DNA of 63,438 nucleotides, filler included, from Octopus bimaculoides (GCF_001194135.2; 4 parts of 4 records of this genome joined end to end with filler, not necessarily neighbours in it), one strand, 5' to 3'; numbered from the whole stretch's first letter, positions 1-13,082 are shown. Notes: generated by a model from the sequence alone, not told the origin. Program-made: numbers and translations.

Positions 1-313
1 TATATATATATATATATATATGCATATACATGTATCCATACATAAACACATGTATACGTACAAATATACACCCATGTCAGCGATGCAGCTAAATAGCAAA
101 TTTCACAATTAATGCAATGATGCCTCCCTAGTGGGAATTGAAACCAAATCTCTTGTTGTAGAAGTCAAATTACAAAGTAAATATATCGTATACAAATAGA
201 CAATCTGTGTCTTTGGCAAGATAAGACTCACTGAGCAGAAGGGAAAATTTTTAAAAAAGAACAAAAACTAAAAAACAAACATGCATTTTGTTTTTGAAGT
301 AACAGCTAGAATA

Positions 314-387
314 CCCTTGGTAAGAGCCATGGTTAGCATACTCGCTTGGTCAGCAGGAGATGCTTGGTTCAATTTCTGCTGTAGAGG
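314..387 (+). pseudogene. Degenerate tRNA-like sequence (tRNA-Asp-like pseudogene or SINE head)
   Basis: A-box-like TGGTTAGCAT, B-box-like GGTTCAATT and tRNA-length spacing; resembles eukaryotic tRNA-Asp but the stems are broken. Confidence 0.35.
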
Positions 388-827
388 CATTATAGCAAAA
401 TTCTTTTTCTTTCTTTTTTATTTTTTTTCTTGTTTGTCTTTCATGTGTCTGGATTAATATTAATCTTAGAATATCAAGTGTTACACTACAAAACGTGTGT
501 GTATATATACACACATATATACATACACACACAATATATTTATGCATATTATACACCACATTCATATATAAATATGATATACAAGACATTATAAGTGTTG
601 AGGAAGACAAAGAGAACAAGGTCAACAACAGAACCCAAACTATGCCTCTGTCTCTTGGTGGGTGGCCATATTACTATCAACACCACACAGAACATTTGCT
701 ATTTGAGTCTGTTGGAACTAAATTGCTGTTGTTGGTGTAACGGAGTCAGCAGGAAAGCAATACAAACGCTGGATAGCTGGTTCAAATCCTGACACTGTAT
801 GTGTGGGAGGGTATGCGTGTATATTAC

Positions 828-1181
828 TTCCATGTTCAGTCCTACTGCGTGGCACCTTGGGCAAGTGTGTTCTACTACGGCCTCGGGCCGACCAAAGCCT
901 TGGGAGTGGATTTGGTAGATGGAAACTGAAAGAAGCCGGTCATATATATCCATCCATCCATACATACATATATGCGTGTGAGTGTGTGTGTGTGTGTGTG
1001 TGTGCGTGTGTGTTTGTCCCCTTGCCCTCACTTGACAACTGATGTTGGTGTGTTTACGTCCCTGTAACTTAGTGGTTCGGCAAAAAATATTGATAGAATA
1101 AGTACTAGGCTTACAAAGAACAAGCTCTGAGGTTGATTTGTTCGACTAAAGGCAGTGCTCCAGCATGGCTGCAGTCGAATG
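828..1181 (+). mobile_element. tRNA-derived SINE family A, 5' truncated
   Basis: Same body as the intact copy at 30760-31143 (gttcagtcc..ctgcgtggcaccttgggcaagtg..ggaaactgaaagaagcc..central microsatellite..gtgctccagcatggc). Confidence 0.85.
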
Positions 1182-1262
1182 TAGGTGCACAGGATCTATC
1201 GGTGAGTTATGAGATTGAGCACTTTGTTTTTACCAACAGTTAAAACTAAATGTGTGTATGTA

Positions 1263-1316
<54 letters not shown>

Positions 1317-1918
1317 TGTATACACACACACACACACACACATATATNNNNNNNNNNNNNNNNNNNNNNNNNNNNNNNNNNNNNNNNNNNNNNNNNNNNN
1401 NNNNNNNNNNNNNNNNNNNNNNNNNNNNNNNNNNNNNNNNNNNNNNNNNNNNNNNNNNNNNNNNNNNNNNNNNNNNNNNNNNNNNNNNNNNNNNNNNNNN
1501 NNNNNNNNNNNNNNNNNNNNNNNNNNNNNNNNNNNNNNNNNNNNNNNNNNNNNNNNNNNNNNNNNNNNNNNNNNNNNNNNNNNNNNNNNNNNNNNNNNNN
1601 NNNNNNNNNNNNNNNNNNNNNNNNNNNNNNNNNNNNNNNNNNNNNNNNNNNNNNNNNNNNNNNNNNNNNNNNNNNNNNNNNNNNNNNNNNNNNNNNNNNN
1701 NNNNNNNNNNNNNNNNNNNNNNNNNNNNNNNNNNNNNNNNNNNNNNNNNNNNNNNNNNNNNNNNNNNNNNNNNNNNNNNNNNNNNNNNNNNNNNNNNNNN
1801 NNNNNNNNNTGTTAAGCAGGAAATGTGGTTTCAAAACAGGAAGTGTGTGTAAGGGGAGACAAATGTTTTTAGTTGGAGTTATGAACTCTTTTTTTCAACA
1901 GGAAGTTTATGTCTGTTC

Positions 1919-2179
1919 CTAGAGAAATAAGGTCACTGAGGGGTATGTGTGTTTAGAAATGGTTGGAATTTCTCTATGAAAAAATTCTCCTTGTTGATTC
2001 TTTCTTGTGTGGAGATTTTTTATTCCAAGATCTATGAGTGTGGAGGGATATTGGCGTTGTAATAGTGTTTTTTTGAGGTCTCGTAATCGTATTTCTCGAG
2101 TGGTTGGGTCAGAGACAATGGTGCAAATTCTTTTAGCTAAATTAAAAGGGATATTTATCTTGGTGTGTTTTGGGTGGCG
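1919..2179 (-). mobile_element. Penelope-like element RT C-terminal (thumb) fragment
   Basis: Translation HPKHTKINIPFNLAKRICTIVSDPTTREIRLRDLKKTLLQRQYPSTLIDLGI matches the HPxHxKxNIPxxxAxRI..YP pattern of PLE ORFs. Confidence 0.8.
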
Positions 2180-3905
2180 CACACATATATATACACACAC
2201 ACACACATATACAGCTAGCTAGACAGACAGATAGATATGCATGTGTATGGCTGTGTGTGTGCATGCACATGCATATGTGTGTAAGTATCTACATGTGTGT
2301 GTGTATAGACACACACACAAATGCATACATAAATACAAGTGTGTGTGTGTGTGTGTGTGTGTGCGTGTATGTATGTATGTATGTATGTATGTACACACAT
2401 GGACAGGTCCATTTGAATCGGTTTAAAACCAAAATATCAAACATGCTTGAGCAAGACTGCAAAAATCACACATACATTAACATAGAAAGTGATAGAACAG
2501 ATATAAAATGGCAGCAATCAGTTCCAGAGGCAATAATTGGAAGCGACTGTTAATAGCAGAGTTTAAAGCATGGAGAATATTGTATGGCAGTGGAAATTGG
2601 TACGATGTAAGACTTGCAAATTGTAAGAATATGGATATGTGAGAAAGTAGGGTAGAATGAATGTGTACAGAGTGGAAATTGGGATATCGAAAAAGAAGAC
2701 AAAAGAGATTCTGTGTTAATGCAAAGAAAAAAAAAGAAACAGAACAGAACAAAACAAAACAAAAAAATATATAATTTTAGTAAGAAGAGGAGAGAAACCT
2801 TGCGTCTTTTGTTTTTGATTTTTTTCCATCATTGGACTGTTGCCCAAGATGCCATGCAGAGGGACTGAACCTGGAACCATGTAGTTGCAAAGCAAACTTC
2901 TTAACCGTGCAGCCATAAGAAAGATAGAAGGAAAAAAGGAGACAAAGGAGGCTGTGTGGTAAGAAGCTTGCGAAAATAGATGGGCTGCAATGTTTGGGGC
3001 TCTACAATAGAAAACAGGCTTGCATCGGACCTTTGACAGATGTTGGGTAGAGAAGATCTTGTAGCCTGTGGTCTGAGGATAGGGACACCTCCCTAATGCT
3101 GGTGCCACAATAACACACCCTGTACACTTTGTAAAAAGGTTGGGGAGAGGAAAAGCATCCAGCTAAAGAAATCATACCACATGAAATGTAAGAACAAGAG
3201 TGATGATGACTGATGAGTGATGACAATGATGAGTGATGATGATGATGAGTGATAACAATGATGATGACAGTGATGACTGATGATAAGTGATGACAATGAT
3301 GACAATAATGATGACGATAGTGATGACAATGATGACGACAGTGATGATGATGATGAGTGACAAGGAAGACAGCAATGACAACAATGAAGATGACAATGAC
3401 GACATTAACAGTGATTGATGACAGTGACAACAATCACTGTTAATGACAACTGACCCCAGTAGATGACGGGTACTTAACAACAGCAGGAAGATGAAAGGTA
3501 ATCTAAGCAAAACAGACAAAACCCTCAATGTAACCCTACACCCACAACAAAACCGAACAAGCAAACTACAGCAAGAAGACAGTTTATCAGACACTCGACT
3601 GACTGCCAACAATAAACTGATTCCGATATTGATTACAAAGAGAGGAAGAAAAATAATATGATTGTGTGTGTGTGTGTGTGTACATGGAGATAAATTTAGA
3701 CAGAAGCTCTGTACCATCACAGCGATATGCCAGAGGATCAATACTATAATTCCACAATGCTAAATAAAAACCTTGTTTCCACCTCAGCTTGTTGCCATTT
3801 TAGTCCGATTCATTTTCTCTCTTTTTTTGTTTTTTTTTTCATTATTAACAACCTTCTTTCAGACCAACCATCAACTCATCCTTATTTTTTTTTGCTTTGG
3901 TTCTG

Positions 3906-3950
<45 letters not shown>

Positions 3951-4334
3951 TTTTTGTTTTTATGATTTTGTTCTGTCTGCCCATTTCCAGTGCCTGGTGT
4001 TGTCTCTTACCTGGAGGTGAAGTGTGCAATGGCAAATATATTTGCAGTCATGTGTACATTTGCAGAGATATGTATACACACACACACATACACGTCTATA
4101 TACATTGATAAACCTTTGCTTCTGCCCTCTGTGTGTACATATATACAGTTACACACAAACATCTGCATGTATGTATATGCTACACATACACACAAGAATA
4201 TATGGATTGCAAGGTTTGCCAGGATTCAACAAGCTACAAAATACTGGAGCTTGATGAAGAGCTCCAGCTCATTGGATCCTGTCAAACCACTGAACCCATC
4301 CATGCGAGCATGGAACAGCATGGATAGCAAAATG

Positions 4335-4370
<36 letters not shown>

Positions 4371-4774
4371 NNNNNNNNNNNNNNNNNNNNNNNNNNNNNN
4401 NNNNNNNNNNNNNNNNNNNNNNNNNNNNNNNNNNNNNNNNNNNNNNNNNNNNNNNNNNNNNNNNNNNNNNNNNNCATGTGATTGGCTTGAAAAATTGTTA
4501 AGACACTTGGATATTTTCCCACTTTTCTTAACATGAAACCAATGGTAGCCTTAATTCACAAATAAAGAAATTATATCCACCAGTGCAGTGTTGAGCACTC
4601 ATTTTCATCATTCGACATTTATGTGTGTGTGTGTATATATATATATATGCATATACATACACGCGTGTGTGTGTGTGTGTGGGGGGGGTATGTGCATGTA
4701 ATCCTTTTGAAGCAGAGTCCCAGACATTTTTCTCTCACACTAGGTTATTCCAATATATATGTATGTTTGTGCGT

Positions 4775-5100
4775 ATGAGAAACTGTGTGTGTCCTACTCA
4801 CACCTTTCCAACCAATGTTAGTTTGTTTACATCCCCGTAAGTTATGGGGACATGAACAAACTAACATCAGTTATCAAGCAGCTTGGTGGGGGGTGGGGGA
4901 CAAACACAAAGACATGCAGCAGGTTTCCATCTATCAAATTCACTAACAAGGCATCGGACAGCCCAGGGCTATAGTACAAGACATTGCATCAGGCAGCCCA
5001 GGGCTATAGTACAAGACATTGCATCAGGCAGCCCAGGGCTATAGTACAAGACATTTGCCCAAGATTGCACACATCAGCACCGAACTCAAAGCGCTGTCAT
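4775..5100 (-). mobile_element. SINE family A copy with internal 35-bp tandem triplication
   Basis: Reverse complement of the family A body; unit cagcccagggctatagtacaagacattgcatcagg starts at 4959, 4994 and 5029. Confidence 0.75.
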
Positions 5101-5618
5101 GCTTGCTCCTGCAGGCAGCAAGAGGGTTATGTCTGCAATATTAGGAGGAAGAGATGGTGGTGGTAGTGGTGGTGGACTGACCTTTAGAACAACGAAAGGC
5201 AGGTCATTAAATTTAATCCTAAAAGCACAGCAATGTTAAATGACATTTATAGAATAAAATAAGGAAAGAACACACACACACACACACTCGAATGAAATGG
5301 AATGGATGCAAGACAGTAATGAGACTGAGGAAGACTATGCAGCCTTTAGACCTGCTAGAAACAACAGCCAAATGTTCATGACGTCACAAACTGCAAGCTT
5401 TAAAATGGAAAAACAGATTTTATTGACCAACCCTCCCTGGAGGGTTAATGAAAAAATAAGTCAACGATATTGAGGAAACCCACAGAAAAGCTTAGGAATT
5501 GAAACCATGATTTTGTGGTTACGAGTGCAACACACTAACCATTAGGCCACATGTCTTCACTCCTGGCTAAAATATTTTTTAAAAAATAAATAAAAACAAG
5601 AAAGGGGAGTTAAACTAT

Positions 5619-5634
5619 TGCCACCAGGGGGCGA
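5619..5634 (+). promoter_or_regulatory. CTCF-like core motif
   Basis: TGCCACCAGGGGGCGA, near-consensus CTCF core (CCACYAGRKGGCR). Confidence 0.4.
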
Positions 5635-5974
5635 AATATAGAGACAGCTCTACCTCTTTCGTTGGGCAGTGTTGTCAGTATTGAAGCTGGCAGGTGTGGA
5701 AATAAACACTGCCAGTGAGATAAGAGATAATCCTGCTTGATAGATACTGTCACTGAGGATTAATATAAATAGAACATTGATCGAAGTGAGGTATGGTCCC
5801 CCATCAGATAAGGGATTAATGGGATAGTCACTGACCACTCCAGTGTGGGTACTCTTGTACTGTGCCCACTAAGAGTAACATCAGCCTCATTGTTTTACAT
5901 CTACTTTCCATGTTGGCATGGGTCGGATGAATCGTTTCTATTTCGAAACCATTTAACAAATTCTGACGACCCTC

Positions 5975-6250
5975 AGTGGCAAACTTCAAGGAACCTCCAG
6001 CAGCAAACTTTGAGGAATCCCTGGAAACAAACTTCAAGGAAGCTCCAGTGGAAAACTGCCAGGACCTCCGGTGGCAAACTTCCAGGACACCCTGTAGCAA
6101 ACTTCGAGGAACCCCGGAGCAAACTTCAACGAACCCCCGTGGCAAACTTCAAAGAACCTCCATGGCAAACTTTGAGGAACCCCTTTGGCAAACTTTGAAG
6201 AACCCCCTTGGCAAACTTTGAGGAGATCCCACTAGAAAACTTCAAGACCC
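5975..6250. repeat. Minisatellite, about 22-bp unit (gtggcaaacttcgaggaaccccc), roughly 12 diverged copies
   Basis: Recurring gcaaactt(c/t)(a/g)a(g/a)ga(a)cc motif. Confidence 0.9.
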
Positions 6251-6935
6251 TATGAGAAGCTTCATCACTATCAACCCTTTCAAGCTTCCTAGATACGAAA
6301 AGGATATCCATAACTGCCATGTCAGCACAGTTATTCTGATATCTTATTGCACCATATATAGAGCAATTAAGTAGGCAATGATGAAGAATAGTACCAGTAA
6401 TAAAGGCTGGAACGGCCTCAACTTACTGTCACTGTATCATTTCCTCACCCATCCACTTCATATCTCTTTTCATAGAAATCTGGCCCAGTGCCATGTCAAA
6501 TGCTACCATTACTGGGTGAAAGCCAAATCATAATAATAATTATCTCCACCACCACCACCACCACCACCACCACCACCACCTACACTGCCAGTATCAACAG
6601 CAAAAAAAAATCAAGCCATTGCAGGAGCCTTTACATGGTCATTCTATCTGCTAGAAATAGTAACCAAATCTCCTCAAATCACAATTACTTAGAAAGAGAA
6701 GGACATGTTGGATAAAGAAATAGTCATGTCCAGAAAGCCTTTTGATTGTTGATTAGGGTTAACTTGGGGCTAAAGAACAGCAACAAGACCACCACCACCA
6801 TAATTATTACGATGACCACCACCATCTACGGTCTTCATACATGACCACAAAAATATGTTAAAAGAACAGTTAAAATGTCAGTGAAAAGTGAATAGCAATT
6901 GTCTTTTGCATTTTGAGGATACCTTTCATCTAAAC

Positions 6936-7163
6936 CAGTGGTTATCAATCAGGGTCCTTATGAGATTTTCTGGTTAAAATTTATCTGCAACAAACTAGTT
7001 ATACTTCGATAAAATATTTCAACATTTTTTAATAAAATTCATAATAATATTTAATCCTATAAAAATAATAGGAGTTTTTAAACATCAAATGGCTGAGAGG
7101 GCCCCCCACTGAGTAAAATATGAAAGCAAGGGGTCCATAAGCAAAAATGGTTGAGAACCAGTG
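6936..7163. mobile_element. hAT-superfamily MITE
   Basis: Imperfect TIRs CAGTGGTTATCAATC / GGTTGAGAACCAGTG with a perfect 8-bp TSD ATCTAAAC (6928-6935 and 7164-7171). Confidence 0.85.
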
Positions 7164-7454
7164 ATCTAAACTACCTTGTTTAGAAATTGATGCATGTTTC
7201 TATGAAATCAGATGTGGTAATTCCTTCAACTTAAATGTGAGCAATGTGTAAAAGGAACCAAAATGACCACCACTTCAGAATCAAACCCAGGTCATAGATA
7301 TGATCCACAGGGATCTTGTCATCTTTAGTATTACTATTTCTGGGCAGTGTTTGCATACAATCATGAGAAATCTTAGAGAGTGAATCCTCTTCAAAACAAC
7401 GAAGGGGAAAGTGAGCTTAATAGAGACATCAAAAGGAAATCAGTCAGTCTAAGA

Positions 7455-7489
<35 letters not shown>

Positions 7490-7954
7490 GTGTTGTGAGT
7501 ACGTGCTCAAGTCCAGTGTGTATGTGCGTGTGTTACATCTCTTTCTTTCATTATTCTGCTTGTCTCCCCCCCCCCGTCTATTTCTCTCCCATTTTCTCTT
7601 ACACACATTCACACAATAAGTGTGTGAGTGAATGTATGTACAAGTGCAAGAATGTGTATGCACGAGTGCAAGTGTGTAACTATATATAGGTGAGAGAGAA
7701 AGGTGACAAGTAAAACTGCTGTCCACTATCCAATCCCCACCCTGCCACCCCCCTCCCAACCAACTAATCAACCTATTTCATTAAGATAAGCAGTAATTTA
7801 CACCAAACACCAATTAACTAACACCTAATTTACACCAAACATATTAATTATGACTACCAGTTTTATTAAAGAACCAGAATTATAATCATCATTCCTAAAA
7901 TGTCAATGCATTCCTCTCCACTGCTCGAAGACTTCAAAGACCTGGCAATTGGCC

Positions 7955-8135
7955 AAAGCGCTTCAATGGCATTTTGTCTACCATTACCTTCTGAGTTCAA
8001 ATTCTGCTGAGGTCGACTTTGTCTTTCATCTTTTCAGGGTTGATTAATAGGTACCAGTTGAGTACTGGGGTCAATGTAATCGATTTACCTGCTGCCTCTA
8101 AATTACTGGCCTTGTGCCAAAATCTGAAATCAATA
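7955..8135 (+). mobile_element. SINE family B (ttctgagttcaaattc..gaggtcgactttg..gtaccagttgagtactggggtc)
   Basis: Shared body with more than ten other copies in the window. Confidence 0.8.
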
Positions 8136-8401
8136 TATGGCACGAAGAGCATAGGTTACAGCGAAGAACGTAGGTACAGGAAGATCATTGATTTTCCGGC
8201 AAATGACAGTCCAGCACCGTCTTTAATCTGATTAAATTACAAGGAAAGAACTTGAAATTTCCTCGGCTGCCAATCTAGTACACTGTGTCACCATGGCGTT
8301 GTGTGTATCATGTGTTCATATGCAGTAATTACATTGTGTTTGTTAGTGGTAATGCCACCAACATTTTGAGAGATCCTCCGCTTATTTAGCAGAAAATTCA
8401 C

Positions 8402-8480
8402 CTTAGCCGTGGCAATTAAAGATACCAGAACTAAGCATGTCAGTGAAAGAGTCAAACTTAGACACCGACCTATATCAATC
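8402..8480 (-). CDS. Candidate internal exon encoding a hydrophobic signal-peptide or TM-like segment (IDIGRCLSLTLSLTCLVLVSLIATAK)
   Basis: Acceptor ctctactctatccag|G, donor GCTAAG|gtgaat; only one open frame; no homology recognised. Confidence 0.25.
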
Positions 8481-8569
8481 CTGGATAGAGTAGAGCTTTT
8501 GGAATAAAATGACCGTGGGGTTTTGCTATGTAAACTGTATGACAATTAATAATTAGCATTTAATTAGTA

Positions 8570-8760
8570 GTTCAGAGGTGTCATCATTTAATGCCCACAT
8601 TCTATGCTGGTATGGATTGGACAGTTTGACAGGGTCGGATGAGTCCAATGGCTGTATCATGCTCTGATGTCTGCTTTGGTATGGTTTCTACGGCTGGATG
8701 ACCATCCTAACACTAACCACTGTACAGTGAATACTGGGTGCTTTTCGTTCATGCCATTTG
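8570..8760 (-). mobile_element. RTE LINE 3' tail fragment
   Basis: Reverse complement of the tail seen at 17587-17925 and 56278-56649. Confidence 0.7.
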
Positions 8761-9201
8761 AACTATTGAGATCACAATGTGGACTACCCACTATGAGGAA
8801 ATTGGGAGAATAGGGGTCAGGTTCATGCTAGGGGATGAGGGGATATAAATTACTCATCATGTAACCACAGATGGTCCAGCAAGACAGTTTATCTATCAAG
8901 GCTTTGGATCCAAGGATACCAGAAAATCAGTGGTGTAATCTGCGAGATACATTTTATTAACACTTTTAGGATGAAAAAGGGGGTAAAAAAAAAACATTAA
9001 AAGTATAAAAGATCAAATTACTGAGAAAAGAATAAAACCCAGAACTACCCTCCCAAGGAAACAAAGAAAAAAAAGGGGGGGGAATTAAGCAGAAGATGGG
9101 GGGGGGGCGAAAGTAATGGGTTGTATGTTTAGTCATGCTTTGTGGACATGATTGCAAAGGCATTGTCGTGAAGAATGGCCAACAGCACTCACAACAGCCA
9201 G

Positions 9202-9284
9202 CCCACCTTGTTGGGGCTCAGATAGGCACCCCACCTTGTTGGGGCTCAGACAGGCACCCCACCTTGTTGGGGCTCAGACAGGCA
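9202..9284. repeat. 28-bp tandem repeat, about 3 copies
   Basis: ccaccttgttggggctcaga(t/c)aggcacc starting at 9203, 9231 and 9259. Confidence 0.95.
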
Positions 9285-9542
9285 GCAGTTACTCTTATTT
9301 TACACAGGAAATCAACAGTGAGAGCAGTGGGGGGAGAACACCTGAGGTCTTGACAGTGACCAGCACAATGTGTGAGTGGTCAGTCAGACGCCTATCTTTG
9401 GTAGTTTGTAAAGGATAAAGGCTTAGCCACTTGGCATAATTAGATGCTTCCTCTAACCAAAAGAAAATTAATTATGTCACTGCATGTGGTTTGGAAAAAG
9501 ACCATGTCTGAGGTCAAGTGCTCATTGTTTCACGAAAAGCTG

Positions 9543-9586
<44 letters not shown>

Positions 9587-9859
9587 TTATAATTATGTGA
9601 AAGTTTATGTGTACGAAAGTGTGTGTTGTGAAGCAATTAGTAAAAATTGGACAATTCTGTAAAAAGATAGAAATATCATTATTAGCAGTAGGAGAGGCAT
9701 TTTATATCTGCTTTTCGATGCTGGCATGAGTGAGATGCTTTTTCCAAGTAAGGGTTTTACAGCTGGATACCCTTCCCGTCACAAACCTTTTTAGTTGTCC
9801 CTTGTAACACAGTGTGCCCAATCTAAAACCAGGACACACAGTAAATACACACACACAAA

Positions 9860-9985
9860 TTGTCGATCAGTTATGACGACAAGTGTTCCGGTTGATCTGA
9901 TCAATAGAACAGCCTGCTCATGAAATTAACAGGAAAGTGGCTGAATACCCCACAGATACACGTACCCTTAATGTAGTTCTCAGGT
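9860..9985 (-). mobile_element. 3' module of SINE family C
   Basis: Reverse complement of ...ctgtggagtgctcagccacttgcacgttaatttcacgagcaggctgttcc seen at 13030-13082 and 20780-20880. Confidence 0.8.
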
Positions 9986-10798
9986 AAGCGATCCCTACAA
10001 ACTATAAATCCGCGCCACGAGTGTGTGTACAAACCACTTGAACTTGTCTATATTCCCGTTACTCTTGTCTAGATGTCTGACGAGATAGGTTCGTCCTAGG
10101 AAACTGTAAGTCATGTGGAGCTGGGTGACGCTGCTTTTAAATAATATATGAAACTTCTACCGAAAGTGTTGAGTGCCATTTTCGTTCGTACAGTAGCTAG
10201 TGTGTGTATGTATATCTTTATACATGTATACACTAAATACGTGATGGTATTATGAAACTTGAGCGCTGTGAGTGCAACTCAAACATGCATTAGATACTAT
10301 GACATAACGGTAGAATAAATAATCGCTGTTATCTCTGTAGAGCCAGACATGTGATATACACACACACTCGCATAAACACAAAAATATATATAAACAAGTC
10401 AATAAAATGCTTTGGTTATTAAATATTTCTTAATTACTGTGTACTTCCTAATTACATTTCTTTCGTTCTTTAAATAATTCAGGGGCGCTGTCGACTGAGC
10501 TTTATAACCGCGAGGCCTTTTGTTGGCAGTTAACAGTTAATAACATACAATCAACGTCTACTGCCGACCCCGAGTGTTTACTCAGGATACATCTCTGATT
10601 ACATGGATATACTTATAAATATGCAATGACACACCACTATATATGCACCTTTGTGTGTGTACATGTCAGCTACATGTCTGCGTGTGTAGTATATTATTTA
10701 AAACAGTTCGATTCGGTTGCATGAAACTGTTTTAAATAATACATGTAACTCCAACTAAATGTGTCGAGCACCCTTTTCCTTCGTTTGTCCACTCACTC

Positions 10799-10837
<39 letters not shown>

Positions 10838-11675
10838 CTCAAACGAATAAATTCACGTGTATATGACTGCTGACGACAAGCAAACCGAAACTTCGAAATC
10901 ACTAAATGAACATGTACAGTAGTACCAAAGAGTAGTGACTAATCTTCTACTGAAATGTTAAACTGCTTCTATATAAAACAATAAACACACACGCATACAT
11001 ACGGAGAAATATACACAACTGATTTAGCTTATACATAGACTCGACATCTTTCTCTCTATACACGAACACATACAAACAGTATTTTGGTTCATACACTGGC
11101 TATATACATATTTATAGACATTGTGGAAGCTAACTGGCCTTATCTCATCCGACATGTATCGGGGGCTTAATTTTATTAACTATCATGGAACTATTTGTAA
11201 CGATATCTCAGTCCATACGTACTAGTGCGTGTGTGTGTATATGTATACATACATACACATTAGTGGAAGCTGAAACTTCACAAATTTAGTCTGAGTTACC
11301 TGTCTCTAACCTTCGGACAGTTATCATTAAAAAAAAGAAAAAGGTAATTGTATCAACTTCAAGTACATATACATTTCTCCCTCTTTGTTCACACTTGAGA
11401 GTATATATATATATATATATAACACAACAGTATCTCATCTGACATGACAACCAGCTCACATAACGTTCTAGTTTATATATATATATATATCTTCTATTAT
11501 TATATATATATATATATATATATAACACCGATGTGTCTATATTCATTTTGTATGTGTAATGAGATGGGAGTAAACAAGTGTAACCGTTATGTGATTATGG
11601 GTATTGGTAAATGTGGGAGCGTGTATCGTTAGAACGTAAAACTGGGAGGAATATGTCGGTCAGATCAAAAGATAT

Positions 11676-11714
<39 letters not shown>

Positions 11715-12169
11715 ATATACACACACATACATATATACATATGTATGAGCATATTCGTGTGTGTGTATGTATCATTGTACCGTAAGATCGCCTATGGTGA
11801 TATTTCGGTACAATACCTAGAAACGATATATATACATATATACACATACACACACAAATCATAGAGAGTAGAGGAAAATAAACAACAAACAAACAAAAAC
11901 AAAAAACAGCGAAATAGACACAGTGTCGGAAAGTGTTGTGGAAAAATAAATACTCGTATGTCACATCAAAGAGACCAGCAATGTCTTGTAAATTGTTTCG
12001 ATTCCGGAATACGAAGAGGAGGGCTTTCGAAGAATGTGTGTGTGTGTGTGTGCGTGTTTGTGTTGCAGTTAATTGATGATCTGTGTATGTGGTTGTGTGT
12101 GTGGCTGGTATATTGCAATATAGCAACAACAACAACAACAATTATAATAACAACAATAATTGATTCTAG

Positions 12170-12310
12170 TATAGTAGGCACGAGACCTGAAACATTTGCA
12201 TGGAGGTTGTCAGTCGATTTACAATCGACCCCAGTTCTCGACTGGTACTTTATTTTATCGATTCCGAAAAGGACGAAAGGCAAAGTCGACCTCGACGGAA
12301 TACGAAGACA
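12170..12310 (-). mobile_element. SINE family B fragment
   Basis: gtcgatttacaatcgaccccag..ctggtacttt..gaaaggcaaagtcgacctcg. Confidence 0.75.
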
Positions 12311-12759
12311 ATAAATAACAATAATAATATTGGTAGCAGCTAGTAAAAAATATATATATATTATCATAATAATAATAATAATAATAATAATGATAATAAT
12401 AACAAGAAGCTGAGTAATACTTACCATTAACGCAGGACTTTATTGGAATTATTCCGAGGCAAATAGAAGGGAAAGAACAAAGATAATATGAAAAAAAAAT
12501 GGTCTTTGAAGGTTGCTGTCTGTGTATACCGTAGCTTATATATATGTGTGTTTATATATATGGATAAGTGTTGTGTTTTCGTTGAGTAAAAGACTTGTCA
12601 GAAAGATATGTCGGTCATCAAAACCACTTTATGGGGAGGGCTGCTACGTCATAGAGCGGTGTAAGATAAACGAATGTTCTCTCTGAACGAAGTTCCGTTA
12701 TGGCCTTCCGTAAACTATTTTTTTCCTTTCGGTTTTAGGAATGTATATTAATGTATCCG

Positions 12760-13082
12760 TGGAGGCGCAATGGCCCAGTGGTTAGGGCAGCGCACTCGCG
12801 GTCATAGGGTCGCGGGTTTCGATTCCCAGACCGGGCGTTGTGAGTGTTTATTGAGCGAAAAACACCTAAAAGCTCCACGAGGCTCCAGCAGGGGATGGTG
12901 GCGAATCCTGCTGTACTCTTTCACCACAACTTTCTCTCACTCTTACTTCCTGTTTCTGTTGTGCCTGTAATTCAAAGGGTCAGCCTTGTCACACTGTGTC
13001 ACGCTGAATATCCCCGAGAACTACGTGTCCGTGGAGTGCTCAGCCACTTGCACGTTAATTTCACGAGCAGGCTGTTCCGTTG
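12760..13082 (+). mobile_element. tRNA-derived SINE family C, runs into a gap
   Basis: A box TGGCCCAGTGGTTAGG and B box GGTTTCGATTCC, followed by a body shared with 20565-20880. Confidence 0.85.

Noticed and set aside
5650-5838. Cadherin-like look of DGGPYLTSINVLFILILSD
   Set aside because: In-frame stop 10 codons upstream, no other cadherin motifs (DRE, DxNDN) and no supporting splice sites
5975-6250. CRISPR-like periodicity
   Set aside because: Contiguous diverged units without unique spacers, in a eukaryotic context with no cas genes
6422-6512. Minus-strand exon-like segment with good splice sites
   Set aside because: All three frames contain stops
9135-9418. ORFs with repeated PPCWGSDR / HLVGAQ peptides
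   Set aside because: Products of the 28-bp tandem repeat; unit length is not a multiple of 3
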